A stretch of 46,504 nt of DNA from a virus (IMGVR_UViG_3300023095_000003:1-46504), one strand, 5' to 3'. Counted from the stretch's first letter, positions 28,401 to 37,880 are shown. A program made the numbers and translations. The notes: generated from the letters alone by a model not told the origin.

Positions 28401-31400
28401 TGCAATGAAGAAGCTGGATAAGGAAATATTCAGCGCCATCAATCAAAAGCACATTTTTAAGAATGATCCTGGTGTGTGGTACGAGCTTATATCCCACGTT
28501 CTGAATGAGAACGGCGCGGACGGCACGATGGCCGATGAGATTATTGAGAACAGCAGGCAGGGCAATCAACTTCGTTATGCGCTTCAGGAGAATATCATAG
28601 CTCATGCGGTGCGCGATGCCGGATATGACAGCGTTGTCGGTTACAGCAAGGGGAAGGTTGGCGCATCAATATCTGAAGTCTTTGACGTGCGGGAAATTGA
28701 TTATCCGACACCTGGCGAAACGGCAACTCTCCATCCCAATATCCCTCTGCGCGATCCGCGTATTCTGTACCAAGATCAGGGCGGCGCACGCGGCTCCATC
28801 GAGATACCGCGCGCGGGTATATTTGAAAACTCTGCTCTGATCCGCGCCTTTCAGTCGGCTAATTTATCCACTGTCTTACATGAAACAGGCCATTTGTTTC
28901 TCACGCAGTTGATGGATAGGGCGGAGCGTGGTTCCGTGGCTGCTCAAGAGCGCATGGGCGTTATCAAGGATTGGTGGCGATCTAACGCTGCTGAGGTGGC
29001 GAAAGATGCTAATCGTGCCATGCCTGATGCGAAAATCACAAGTGACGATGTGAACGCATGGCTGGACAATGGCACAACGGGCGACGTTATTAAGGACGGC
29101 GCTATTCAGATCGGAACGCAAGAGCAGACTGCGCGCGGGTTTGAAGCGTATCTGATGGAAGGCAAAGCGCCGACTGTTGAACTGCGCGGCACGTTCGAGA
29201 AATTCCGCGCTTGGCTGATCGGCATTTACAAGCGGATCAATGGCCTTGGCGTGAATGTCAGCCCTGAGATGAAGCGCGTTTTTGACCGGATGCTTGCGAC
29301 GGATGAAGAAATCGACAAGGCCAAATCTGATATGTCCGACAGCGGGCCTGTATTTGCGACCGCTGAGGAAATGGGGCTGACACCTGATGAATATGCGTCG
29401 TTCCTGAAGCTGCGTGAAAAGGGAGAGGGTGAAGCCAAGTCTCGCTTGCTGCGTGAAATCATGGCCCCGCTGCGGCGTGAGCAGGAAAAGTGGTTTAAGG
29501 ACGAACGCGCGTCTGTTCGGTCGCGTGTTGAGCGCGAAATCAACGCGATGAAAATGTATCGTGCGTTTGAATGGATGGGCAATCGTCGGTGGCTTGGTGA
29601 AGGCCAGCCGTCCGACATGCCGGATATGCGCTTGTCAAAATCCGTTCTGGTGGATCGCTACGGCGAGGGCATTCTGACAACGCTTCCGCGCGGCAAATAT
29701 ACGATCTATTCCGTCGATGGTGGTCTTGATCCTGACGATGCTGCTGGCTGGTTCGGGTTCAATTCCGGTGATGAAATGATCCAGGCGCTTGAGAAAACAC
29801 CGCCGCGCCGTGAAGCCATCGAAGCCGAAACCGATAAGGAAATGCGGTTGCTGCATGGCGATGCGCTCAATGACGGGTTTATTGAGCGGGAAGCCTTGGA
29901 CGCGCTGCACAATGACAGGCGCGGGCAATGGATGGCGGCGGAGTTGAAGGCTGTTGCTGAAGTCGCTGGAACCGAAAGAACGCTGACCGCTAAGGAAGCC
30001 CGTGCGATTGCCCGTCAAACGATTGCTCGCATGAAGGTGCGCGATGCCATGAAGGCAGAGCGGTTCCTTGCTGCTGAACGGAAAGCTGCGGCTGATGCGG
30101 CGCGGTTCTCTGGCATTCTGGCGCGTGATGGCGTGTGGATGAACAATGCCCGTCGCCGGATCGCAACAAAGGCCAGAGCGGCCATGCGTGGCGAGGGAAC
30201 GGCTGAGGCGGTTGTGGGTCAGGTTGAGCAAGCGAACAGCTCCACCGGAAACTATAACGAGACTGTGGCGAAGCTGCTGGATGCAAAGCGCCGTCAACTG
30301 CTGAACCATTCGCTTTACATGGAAAGCCGGATTGTCGCGGGTGAGGTTGAGGCGGCTGAAAATTATGTCGCCAAGCTGAACAAAAAAACGACACGCGAGG
30401 CTATCGGCGGGGCAGGGCGGCGCGACAATGCGCAGATTGATTATCTGGCCGCGATTGATGAGGTCTTGGATCAATACGACTTCCGGCGCACGAGTGGCCG
30501 CGCGGATGAACGCAGGGGTTCTCTGGCGGCTTATATCGAGGCGATGAAGGCTGCGGGCCGTGAAAGCGAACTTGCCATCCCTGAAACCCTCCTGAGTGAT
30601 GTTTCACGCCGTCCATATAAAACGCTTCCGGTTGAGGAATTGCGCGGCGTGATTGATGGATTGAAGAACCTTGAGCACACTGCGCGGCGGTGGGACAAAC
30701 TGATTGACCGGGAAAAGCAGCGTGAACTTGACGCTACGGTCGAGGGTGTTGTCTCGTCGTTTGAGGAAAATCTTAAGCGCCGTCCTCCTGGTCGCGTGAA
30801 CAGCACAAGCGAACGGCTGCGGGTTGCCGGTCGTCAATTCCTCGATCTGGTTTTGAACGCTTCCACGATCTTGCGCGAGATTGATGGGTTCAAGGACTTT
30901 GGCGCGACTTATCAGGCTATCAAGGCTCCGATTGATGAAGCCATGAACCGCCTGACTGAGCGACGGAAGCAAGCGGCGGTTGATCTTGAAAAGCTGTACG
31001 ACGTGTATTCCAAAAAGGAACGCAAACGCATGGCTGTGCGCGAGTTTATTCCTGCTCTTGGAATGTCTCTGTCAAAGTGGGAGAGGATTGCCGTTGCGCT
31101 GAATACCGGCAACCAGGGCAATTATGATCGGCTGGTCAATCCGAATGCGCCTCAACCGTTCAACGCGCAACAGGTTGCGGCCATCGTGTCCACGCTTGAC
31201 GCGCGGGATGCTGACTTTGTGCAGTCGGTCTGGGATTATATCGGCTCGTTCCGTGAGGACATTGCCGCGCGGGAACGTCGCAAGACAGGTGTTGAACCGA
31301 AGTGGGTTGAAGCGCGTCCGGTGGACATTGGCGGCAAGACGCTCAAGGGCGGCTATTATCCGTTGAAATATGATCCTCGATTGTCCTCTGTGACTGATGC

Positions 31401-32799
31401 GTTCCAGCAGCTTGAGGAAGTCCAGTCAATTCAGTCCGGCATGTTTGCCAAAGCACAGACGCGAAACGGTCATCTGAAATCACGCGCGGGTAATTCGCAA
31501 CAGGCGATTGAATTGGATATGTCGGTGCTGCATCGCCACGTCAATCAGGTTGTTTACGATCTGGAATTGAGCGAGGCGGTGTCTAATAGCTGGCGGGTTC
31601 TTCAGGATCGCCGCGTAGATGCGATGTTTAAGGATTACGGGAAAACCGCCGACAAGCAGGCGCTCGAAACATGGCTGCTCGATGTCGGGACGGGTGAGAT
31701 GCGTTCGGGCGATCTGATCGGACGCGGCGCACGCACGCTGAAATCCAATTTTACCGCGGCGAAACTGGCGTTCAACCTCTCAACGGTGATTATCCAGCCT
31801 ACAGGTTTGGCGCAAACAATGGTGATCGTGGGCAAGCGCGACTTTATGGCTGGCGTTGTTTCGGCGCTCAATCCGACTGCGGTGCGCGATGTGGCGCTGA
31901 AGTCATCGTTCATGGCTGATCGTGAAACCACGTTCAACAAGGACATATACGACTTTTACAATGATCCGAAACTTGGGCCGGTTGCGTCCACGTGGGGCGA
32001 CATCAAGCAGAATATCATTGGGCCGGTATCGTTCTGGCTGATGACAAAGGTGCAGTATTATGTCGTGGATGTGCCGACATGGTATGCGGGTTATCATCAA
32101 GGCTTGCGGAAGTTCGGCAATGATGAAGCCAAAGCGATTTCGTATGCTGATGATATTGTAAAACGCGCTCAAGCGTCTGGTTTGTTTGCTGACCGCTCTG
32201 CAATCGAACGTGGATCGCTCACGCGAAACAGCCGTCAGAATGATGTGGTGCGTTTGTTCACCACGCTCGGCTCCTACATGTTCGCAAAATTCAATGTTGC
32301 CTATGAACGCTCGGCGGTTGCTGGCCGCGTCATTCGTGATGAAGGTGTGTCGGCGCGTTCATTCCGTGAGGCATTATCATGGACGATTGACATGGCTTTC
32401 CTGTTCACGCTGGAAGCCGTGATCATGGCTGCGATTAAAGGCCGGTTGCCAGACGAAGAAGATGACGAGGACGACACTTGGGGTAAGTTTTTGGCAAAAG
32501 AAACGGCGGCTTCCGTTCTGGGTACGATCCCGTTTGTGCGTGACGTTGCATCGACTGCGGGCGGGTTCGAGGGGGGCGGCGCGTATGGCGCGATCACCAA
32601 GGAATTTGCAGCGCCGTTCGTCCAGGCATCGCAAGGTGAAGTTGATAAGGCGTTCGTGCGCTCGATCATCAATGCGACTGGCCTTGCGTCCGGCCTCCCT
32701 GCCACGCAGATCAACAGGATTGTGGATGCTGGATGGCGGCAGGCTGAAGGTGAGGATGTATCACCGGCTGAATATCTTCTTGGGAAATCGAAAAAATAG
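25489..32799 (+). CDS. Giant ejection/polyvalent protein (2436 aa) with hydrophobic N-region, ART-like insert and HExxH module
   Basis: Position and size; TVLHETGH...ARGFEAYLMEGKAP; ART-like motifs at 28027-28773. Confidence 0.85.
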   Translation: MVETISDFLQRQANEQQQSTVGAANIVLGSVEQKPDDLAGDLLLAKEYNKTTGNPVPPAPMVSEYRNVFQEEIRRQRDASLLSGSVNLSKWLLNPENATLAKDDLQALSFWDGIPGAFERFGLKLPQAYNQWMAAGAAERGADQARSFGEIYGDERSRLMFDFGPLGNSRLIDTAIGPITDAVGAGSRFLTSRLAGLVSGDQQQSAQYYQQQAGIIGKQIASIPIVGAGSRYQEEYAKFKPSGDITADLGNFFSGIAKDPEGFASFAAQVVAESLPTMATALGVTAVTRSPAAGAAVSGGLSYTAEAGSATVDFFKEKGLDISTPEGAAQAIQTPGLMREAVDKGFARGLPIALMDGLSLGMAGQALAKNPLANVMLQSVMQAAFGSAGEAAGQVASGQQLNIADIALEGLLEFSTAPIEVGGVGLTKFRENRAKAQDAEARVSLFKELSGQSVNSALRNRMPDRFRDFVERATENGPVENLFIPAQDFISYFQGIGEDPYKIVDMLEGVTREDLELAKAGDVDLQIPTATYAAKLAGSEHDAFFMENMKFDPQEMTARQARDFNEIKEDALQEAFDQAEQERLEAEQWRSYEEDIYDTIVSRARQAGRSTDEATAAAALYVANYRTAAADDDMTLEEYMRAYPLPEIAGAIPEGMKLKDVDSFTRTLAEARRRKSAPVRKSSILEFISDYGGVNDPGGDIRSILDGKEIKRGRGKKTLRIVREADSAQGSMLGRDDAGKRFGVDDIAQAAIEAGLMADDPIVQEYQNAMREGREVPDITRALLNAIENEARGGVTTSTMDDPDAIAREEFFDKLEAELDRIGVSLDDDDAAIRAAYERDEAERGQMYGQVSPDQARSIDMAVEMPSDPLFAEAVANTKGASITDDGLLIDLVRYQKEEQEGATSVRTGVFYLPVGSPNAKYYKGKGSLGGAYGGAVEARGETILKRPLFVKGATGGKAPEAAWDALKGKGAMKKLDKEIFSAINQKHIFKNDPGVWYELISHVLNENGADGTMADEIIENSRQGNQLRYALQENIIAHAVRDAGYDSVVGYSKGKVGASISEVFDVREIDYPTPGETATLHPNIPLRDPRILYQDQGGARGSIEIPRAGIFENSALIRAFQSANLSTVLHETGHLFLTQLMDRAERGSVAAQERMGVIKDWWRSNAAEVAKDANRAMPDAKITSDDVNAWLDNGTTGDVIKDGAIQIGTQEQTARGFEAYLMEGKAPTVELRGTFEKFRAWLIGIYKRINGLGVNVSPEMKRVFDRMLATDEEIDKAKSDMSDSGPVFATAEEMGLTPDEYASFLKLREKGEGEAKSRLLREIMAPLRREQEKWFKDERASVRSRVEREINAMKMYRAFEWMGNRRWLGEGQPSDMPDMRLSKSVLVDRYGEGILTTLPRGKYTIYSVDGGLDPDDAAGWFGFNSGDEMIQALEKTPPRREAIEAETDKEMRLLHGDALNDGFIEREALDALHNDRRGQWMAAELKAVAEVAGTERTLTAKEARAIARQTIARMKVRDAMKAERFLAAERKAAADAARFSGILARDGVWMNNARRRIATKARAAMRGEGTAEAVVGQVEQANSSTGNYNETVAKLLDAKRRQLLNHSLYMESRIVAGEVEAAENYVAKLNKKTTREAIGGAGRRDNAQIDYLAAIDEVLDQYDFRRTSGRADERRGSLAAYIEAMKAAGRESELAIPETLLSDVSRRPYKTLPVEELRGVIDGLKNLEHTARRWDKLIDREKQRELDATVEGVVSSFEENLKRRPPGRVNSTSERLRVAGRQFLDLVLNASTILREIDGFKDFGATYQAIKAPIDEAMNRLTERRKQAAVDLEKLYDVYSKKERKRMAVREFIPALGMSLSKWERIAVALNTGNQGNYDRLVNPNAPQPFNAQQVAAIVSTLDARDADFVQSVWDYIGSFREDIAARERRKTGVEPKWVEARPVDIGGKTLKGGYYPLKYDPRLSSVTDAFQQLEEVQSIQSGMFAKAQTRNGHLKSRAGNSQQAIELDMSVLHRHVNQVVYDLELSEAVSNSWRVLQDRRVDAMFKDYGKTADKQALETWLLDVGTGEMRSGDLIGRGARTLKSNFTAAKLAFNLSTVIIQPTGLAQTMVIVGKRDFMAGVVSALNPTAVRDVALKSSFMADRETTFNKDIYDFYNDPKLGPVASTWGDIKQNIIGPVSFWLMTKVQYYVVDVPTWYAGYHQGLRKFGNDEAKAISYADDIVKRAQASGLFADRSAIERGSLTRNSRQNDVVRLFTTLGSYMFAKFNVAYERSAVAGRVIRDEGVSARSFREALSWTIDMAFLFTLEAVIMAAIKGRLPDEEDDEDDTWGKFLAKETAASVLGTIPFVRDVASTAGGFEGGGAYGAITKEFAAPFVQASQGEVDKAFVRSIINATGLASGLPATQINRIVDAGWRQAEGEDVSPAEYLLGKSKK

Positions 32800-32867
32800 G
32801 CTGCGGTTTATGCCGTAACCGTCCGTGACGTATTCATTGAATATCGAATTATTGAAAGTGACAACAC

Positions 32868-35648
32868 ATGACTGTACCAAGCGAAGTTAACCGATCCGGC
32901 CCGTATCTCGGCAATGGCGTCACCACTGTTTTTGATTACGGCTTCCGCATTTTAAATCAGGCGCATTTGCGTGTGGTTCAAGCGTTGTCCGATGGCACTG
33001 AAACAGACTTGGTTCTGAGTTCTGATTATACCGTCTACGGCGTCGGGGAAGACGGCGGCGGTTCAATTACGCTAACGTCTCCCTTGGCTTCTGGACGTAG
33101 CCTAACGATCATCCGCAAAATGCCGTTTACTCAAAACATCGACCTTGAAAATCAGGGCGCGTATTTTGCTGAGACGGTGGAAGAGGGGCTTGATTTTGCC
33201 GTGATGCGGGATCAACAGATCAAAGAGGAACTTGATCGCGCTATCAAAGTCCCAGTAAGTGAGGATGGTGCCAGCGGTGAACTAGCTGCTGAATTAGCGG
33301 CTAATATCACACGGCTTGCACAAAGCGCCGATGAAATTGACACGGTTGCCTCGATTAACGGCGACGTAACTACTGTGGCGGGCATTGCCGGTGATGTGGC
33401 CTTGTTGGCTGATGTGTCTGGCGTTTTGTCTGGAACTGCTTCGGCTGTTAGGCAAGACGAAAAGATGTTCACTGGCGATGGAACGACAACCGTTTGGACG
33501 CTCGACCGCGCTCCTGGTGTTGCTGAAAACGTCCTTGTCTGGATCGGCGGAGCAATTCAGGACACAGCCGATTACTCGATCGCTGGAAATGCGTTGACTA
33601 TTAGCCCGCCTGTTGGTCTTGGTGTTGAAATTCGCACGCTCGTCATGACGCTAGTAACCGCCACTGATCTTGAGCAGATGCTTGACGACGCAACTCAGCT
33701 TGCAACGCCAGGAGATGCTACTGTCAGCCGTCCTAAACTGACTTCTCAATTAAGCTCTGTCGTTCCTCGCAGCATTCTGGAATTTGGAGCAGTTGGCGAT
33801 GGTGTGACAAACGATACAACGGCGGTCACTGCTGCCCTTGCGTCAGGTTTTGTTATTGATGGTGCAGGCAGAACTTATCTAGTGAATTCCAAGCCTGACA
33901 GTTTCCGTAATATCCGTAATGCTGAATTTAAAGTTGGATATGTCCGGTATCCAACAAAAGACTTCCTCCGTTGGTCAATCGCAAAGATCACCAACACATT
34001 ACAATACAACGCATGGCCGCAAGACAGTTGCTATAAAGTAGATGACCAGTTGCGTGTCTGGACAAATGAAAAGCAGTCACATGCAGATGGAACTGGCCGC
34101 GTCGTGTTGCAAATCTGTGATGACAATGGCACAAGCTGGCCTATCTCGGAATACCTGGATGAGAGGGCCGGAGGCGTAACCGTCTGGTCTGCCACATTCT
34201 TGAAGTCCAGCAGAACAGAATGCGTTATCCCGCGCGTACCAGCAGGGCTAACTGACATTGACCCGTACACTTACCAGCTACGTTACCGAACTATCGGGAC
34301 TGCTGGAACACAAGACTATAACGGGCCGTTCACGATTAAAAACATTACCTTTCCCGTACCTACGGGTTTCTCGGGACAGCCTATTATGGTGCATTCGGCT
34401 TGTGAAGGCCACGATGGGTCGCTTGTTCTCGGCGCATCCTACGCTGAGGGTGCAGCAATCATGCGCACCCCGGATTTAGGCGATACTTGGACGTATCTAA
34501 TTCTTGGTGCAAGCACCACGTTTGAGGAACCTACAGTTCGTTACATTCCGTCACTTGATTTGTATACCGGCTTCATCCGAAATGGAGGTACAGGACAACC
34601 GCGTCAATGGCGCTCAACTGATCGGCTTGCAACTGTTGGATACTACACCGCCCCGAGCGATTACTTTAACGGAGGTAATATGTCTGATGCTTGTGTGCCA
34701 TTCGATGTTGACGACGAAGACGTCATACACGCTTTCGTTGGTTATCGGAATGGTGTTGTTGAAGGTCATGGAACAGACGAGCGGGCAAGTTGTTTTTATC
34801 TATCTGGGCCTGCTGTCACGACAGACTGGTGGAAAGCACCAACCACTAAGGTTCGCCATATCGGGATGTTCCCTCGACGTGAGCCGGGCGGGGCATCGGC
34901 GTTGTCACAAGGTTCCGTCATTTGCGATGGCAAGAGAGTGCATTTCTTTCAAGGTTTTGAACAGCGTACTGGTACATTTGGTGGGTACGGCGTGGGAAAC
35001 CGTGTGTCTGATATTATGCAGATCACTATCCACCGCGAAGATTATGGCGGGCTGTACGATACGCGCACCGATTTAATGGACGACCGATCTAATAAGTCAC
35101 CGTTCCGCAAGATCGCGGGTCTAGACGCTTTCACTATTCCAACGATTGACACAGGAGGACGCTCCCCGCCCATTTTCAGCGGACGCGTGAACCACCAGAG
35201 ATATAACAGCGCCATTTTGATTTCCGGTGGCGTTCTCACGTTGCCTGGCCGTTTCGGTTACTATTTCGTGGATACGGAGGCCGCTGCATCGCTGGATGAT
35301 GTAGATAGCATTGTGACACCGGACATGCGCGATGGCGACGAATTTACGCTGCTGATCGCCACAGGCTCCCGCGCAGTTAATTACAAGGCTGCCGCCCTTG
35401 GTGCTGGTTCAGATATTCTCATGAACCACGCTTCGGATATTTTGACACTGATTGTGACAAACTCCACAGCTATAAGAGTGAAGTCGTTTTCAAAAGGTCA
35501 GATACGTTGGATTGTTGGGGCAGGCTCGCCGGAGGGCGTTATCACAGCCCCTATCGGTTCGCTGTACACTCGCACTAACGGGGGCGCTGGAACAACATTT
35601 TACGTCAAAGAGAGCGGCACGGGAAATACCGGCTGGACTGCAAAATAA
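32868..35648 (+). CDS. Tailspike: virion anchor plus endosialidase (GH58)-like beta-propeller
   Basis: GNGVTTVFDYGFRI anchor; GDGVTNDT; KITNTLQYNAWPQD; DDNGTSW Asp-box; EPTVRY...FIRNG. Confidence 0.85.
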   Translation: MTVPSEVNRSGPYLGNGVTTVFDYGFRILNQAHLRVVQALSDGTETDLVLSSDYTVYGVGEDGGGSITLTSPLASGRSLTIIRKMPFTQNIDLENQGAYFAETVEEGLDFAVMRDQQIKEELDRAIKVPVSEDGASGELAAELAANITRLAQSADEIDTVASINGDVTTVAGIAGDVALLADVSGVLSGTASAVRQDEKMFTGDGTTTVWTLDRAPGVAENVLVWIGGAIQDTADYSIAGNALTISPPVGLGVEIRTLVMTLVTATDLEQMLDDATQLATPGDATVSRPKLTSQLSSVVPRSILEFGAVGDGVTNDTTAVTAALASGFVIDGAGRTYLVNSKPDSFRNIRNAEFKVGYVRYPTKDFLRWSIAKITNTLQYNAWPQDSCYKVDDQLRVWTNEKQSHADGTGRVVLQICDDNGTSWPISEYLDERAGGVTVWSATFLKSSRTECVIPRVPAGLTDIDPYTYQLRYRTIGTAGTQDYNGPFTIKNITFPVPTGFSGQPIMVHSACEGHDGSLVLGASYAEGAAIMRTPDLGDTWTYLILGASTTFEEPTVRYIPSLDLYTGFIRNGGTGQPRQWRSTDRLATVGYYTAPSDYFNGGNMSDACVPFDVDDEDVIHAFVGYRNGVVEGHGTDERASCFYLSGPAVTTDWWKAPTTKVRHIGMFPRREPGGASALSQGSVICDGKRVHFFQGFEQRTGTFGGYGVGNRVSDIMQITIHREDYGGLYDTRTDLMDDRSNKSPFRKIAGLDAFTIPTIDTGGRSPPIFSGRVNHQRYNSAILISGGVLTLPGRFGYYFVDTEAAASLDDVDSIVTPDMRDGDEFTLLIATGSRAVNYKAAALGAGSDILMNHASDILTLIVTNSTAIRVKSFSKGQIRWIVGAGSPEGVITAPIGSLYTRTNGGAGTTFYVKESGTGNTGWTAK

Positions 35649-35665
35649 TTTATAGGACTTATTAA

Positions 35666-36508
35666 ATGACATCTTCAATATCAGAAACAATGATTGGAGG
35701 GTTAACCTCCAAACTTACCACGATGCAAACAGCTATTGACGGGAAACCGTCAACGGCTGACGTGGCTGCGGCGGTTGCTGCTGTGGTGACAGGCTTGGAC
35801 GTTGGTGATTACGCTTGGAGCGCACGGGCTGCGAAAACCAAGTGGCTGCTATGCGATGGCGCTGCTTACTCGCGCACGACATATGCGGCGCTGTTTGCCG
35901 TTCTGGGTACGCGGTACGGGGCGGGGGATGGCTCCACCACGTTCAACGTTCCAAAGTCAGGCGGTCGCACACTTGTTGCCGCTGGAACGGGAACAGACGC
36001 GGAGGCATTTGCCGCCGCTTCGGTGAACGCGACAACGGACGTTATCACTGTTGCATCGAACGTGGATAAGTGGATCACCGGCAAGAAGGTCAGGGCGACT
36101 ACCACAACCACACTTCCTGGTGGTCTGGCGATCAACACGGATTATTTTGTAATGCGCTTGACTGCAACGACGATCCAGCTTGCGTCATCGCTTGCCAACG
36201 CCATTGCTGGAACGGCCATCAACATCACGAGTGCAGGAACCGGAACGCACACGATCACGCACACACTGGTTGCACGGGCGCTAGGCGAGCAGGGCGGCGA
36301 GGAAACTCACAGCCTGACCACGACGGAAATTCCGGCGCATACACATAATTATACGACGCTCGGCGGCTCTGGCGGTGTTGATTATGCCGTGGCTGGATCG
36401 CAGAGCGCGGCTTCTACTGCGGCATCTGCCTCAACGGGCGGCTCAGGCGCTCACAACATCATGCAACCGTACCAGATTGAAAACTTGTTTATCTACGCTG
36501 GCGTGTAA
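35666..36508 (+). CDS. Tail fibre with phage tail collar domain
   Basis: WLLCDGAAYSRTTYAALFAVLGT.YG.GDGSTTFNVP; GGEETHSLT..EIPAH.H; AHNIMQP. Confidence 0.9.
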   Translation: MTSSISETMIGGLTSKLTTMQTAIDGKPSTADVAAAVAAVVTGLDVGDYAWSARAAKTKWLLCDGAAYSRTTYAALFAVLGTRYGAGDGSTTFNVPKSGGRTLVAAGTGTDAEAFAAASVNATTDVITVASNVDKWITGKKVRATTTTTLPGGLAINTDYFVMRLTATTIQLASSLANAIAGTAINITSAGTGTHTITHTLVARALGEQGGEETHSLTTTEIPAHTHNYTTLGGSGGVDYAVAGSQSAASTAASASTGGSGAHNIMQPYQIENLFIYAGV

Positions 36509-36567
36509 CATCCGGTTCACTTCGCAACCTTTCGTATGCCACCTTTAATCATCAATAGGGGGCATAC

Positions 36568-36756
36568 ATGGGCGTTTATCTTCGCATACTGCTGCGTTAT
36601 TTGGCGGGTTATCTGGTTCTCAAAGGCATCCTGCCGAAAGAATTAGCAGACTTGATTGCCAACGATCCTGAAGTCTCGGCGGCAATCGGTCTTGCGCTTA
36701 TGGGTGCGATTGAAATGTGTTGGGCGCTTGCTCGTAAATTCCGGTGGTCACGATGA
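36568..36756 (+). CDS. Putative holin
   Basis: Small two-TM protein (RILLRYLAG...WALARK) after the tail genes. Confidence 0.7.
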   Translation: MGVYLRILLRYLAGYLVLKGILPKELADLIANDPEVSAAIGLALMGAIEMCWALARKFRWSR

Positions 36757-37148
36757 GCTGGCTGTTAAAATTGCTGACTGGTGGTGTGGTGGAGAAATTC
36801 ACAGCACCGCTTGAACGCGCTTGGCAAGCCCGCCTGAACGCAGACAACGACACAAAGCGCATTGAGGCAGATAAGGCCATCAAGTCGATTGAGGCGGCGC
36901 GTGACATCGCTGTTGCCGAAGCTGCTGACAGGTGGAGCGCAACGCGAATGGGCCGCTGGTTGATCGTCGTTCCTTGGGCGATTTGGTGGGCTTCAATCTA
37001 TATCGTTTCGATTGTGAACCCGCTGTTTGGTACTGAGTTATCTATTCATGCGGTGCCGCCCGATATTCGAGAGATGGCGCTGATCTTAATTCCGGCGATT
37101 GTCATTGCTGATGCGGGGGCATTTATGACGCGGCGGATCACCAAATAA
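36753..37148 (+). CDS. Membrane protein, putative holin/lysis accessory
   Basis: Two to three hydrophobic segments. Confidence 0.65.
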   Translation: MSWLLKLLTGGVVEKFTAPLERAWQARLNADNDTKRIEADKAIKSIEAARDIAVAEAADRWSATRMGRWLIVVPWAIWWASIYIVSIVNPLFGTELSIHAVPPDIREMALILIPAIVIADAGAFMTRRITK

Positions 37149-37159
37149 CGGGGCAGGGC

Positions 37160-37630
37160 ATGGGGACGACAAAGCAAGACGGTTTAACCGCGTGGCTGAA
37201 AATGAACGTTGGGACTGTTATCACGATTGCGAGTGTCATCATTGGCCTGCTGGTCAACCATGTGGCGCAACAATCGTACCTGTTGGCTGAGGTCAATCAG
37301 GTAAAGGACAGCCAGAACCAAAAATGGATCGACCACAAGGATCATCATGCGGAACGCGCCCGCCTTCTCGATAGCGAGAATGCACGGCAAAACGAAACGC
37401 TTAAATCGCTTCAGGAGAAGACTGAGGCAATCGGGAACCTGCAATACAGGGTCACGACTGCCGAAACTCTAATGAAGGAAATGAACAACAAGGTTGATAA
37501 GCTCTCGGAAGATTTCTCGAAAGCTTCGCAATCAATGGGCAATGTCCTTGCGGCAATGACTGAGCAGATCAAGGGCGTGTCAACCCAGATTGAAGCGATG
37601 AACCGCAAGGAACTGCGCGAGAGGCGTTAG
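37160..37630 (+). CDS. TM-anchored coiled-coil protein (lysis region)
   Basis: N-terminal TM followed by heptads. Confidence 0.65.
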   Translation: MGTTKQDGLTAWLKMNVGTVITIASVIIGLLVNHVAQQSYLLAEVNQVKDSQNQKWIDHKDHHAERARLLDSENARQNETLKSLQEKTEAIGNLQYRVTTAETLMKEMNNKVDKLSEDFSKASQSMGNVLAAMTEQIKGVSTQIEAMNRKELRERR

Positions 37631-37655
37631 ACTTCCAACCTCCGCAACAGGGGGA

Positions 37656-37880
37656 TCACCAGCCATGCTTCCTAAGGACTTCAGCGGCAATCTTTCGAGC
37701 ATCCCCGCCTAAGTCCTCAATCTCAGAAAGAGCGCATTGGAAGTCGTCGCAGACCTCAAGTTGGTTCCCCGTTGCAATCGTTACGGGTGCTCCGAATTCG
37801 CTTTCTACATGGAATGGATTGCCCTTTATCGCCTTGGCAGGCTGCTCAAAAACAATCGTTGTGTACTTGTTGTCACTCAT
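37656..37880 (-). CDS. Hypothetical protein
   Basis: GGAGG RBS, ATGA overlap. Confidence 0.65.
   Translation of the reverse strand: MSDNKYTTIVFEQPAKAIKGNPFHVESEFGAPVTIATGNQLEVCDDFQCALSEIEDLGGDARKIAAEVLRKHGW

Noticed and set aside
27532-30474. Long antisense ORFs (357 aa and 279 aa) within the giant gene, and similar shadow ORFs elsewhere
   Set aside because: No motifs recognised; expected antisense shadows of GC-rich coding sequence
34504-35076. 190-aa alternative-frame ORF inside the tailspike
   Set aside because: TTG start, no recognisable motif, fully nested in a well-supported gene
32868-37630. Diversity-generating retroelement, expected by analogy with BPP-1
   Set aside because: No reverse transcriptase ORF, no avd and no TR/VR repeat pair differing at adenines was seen
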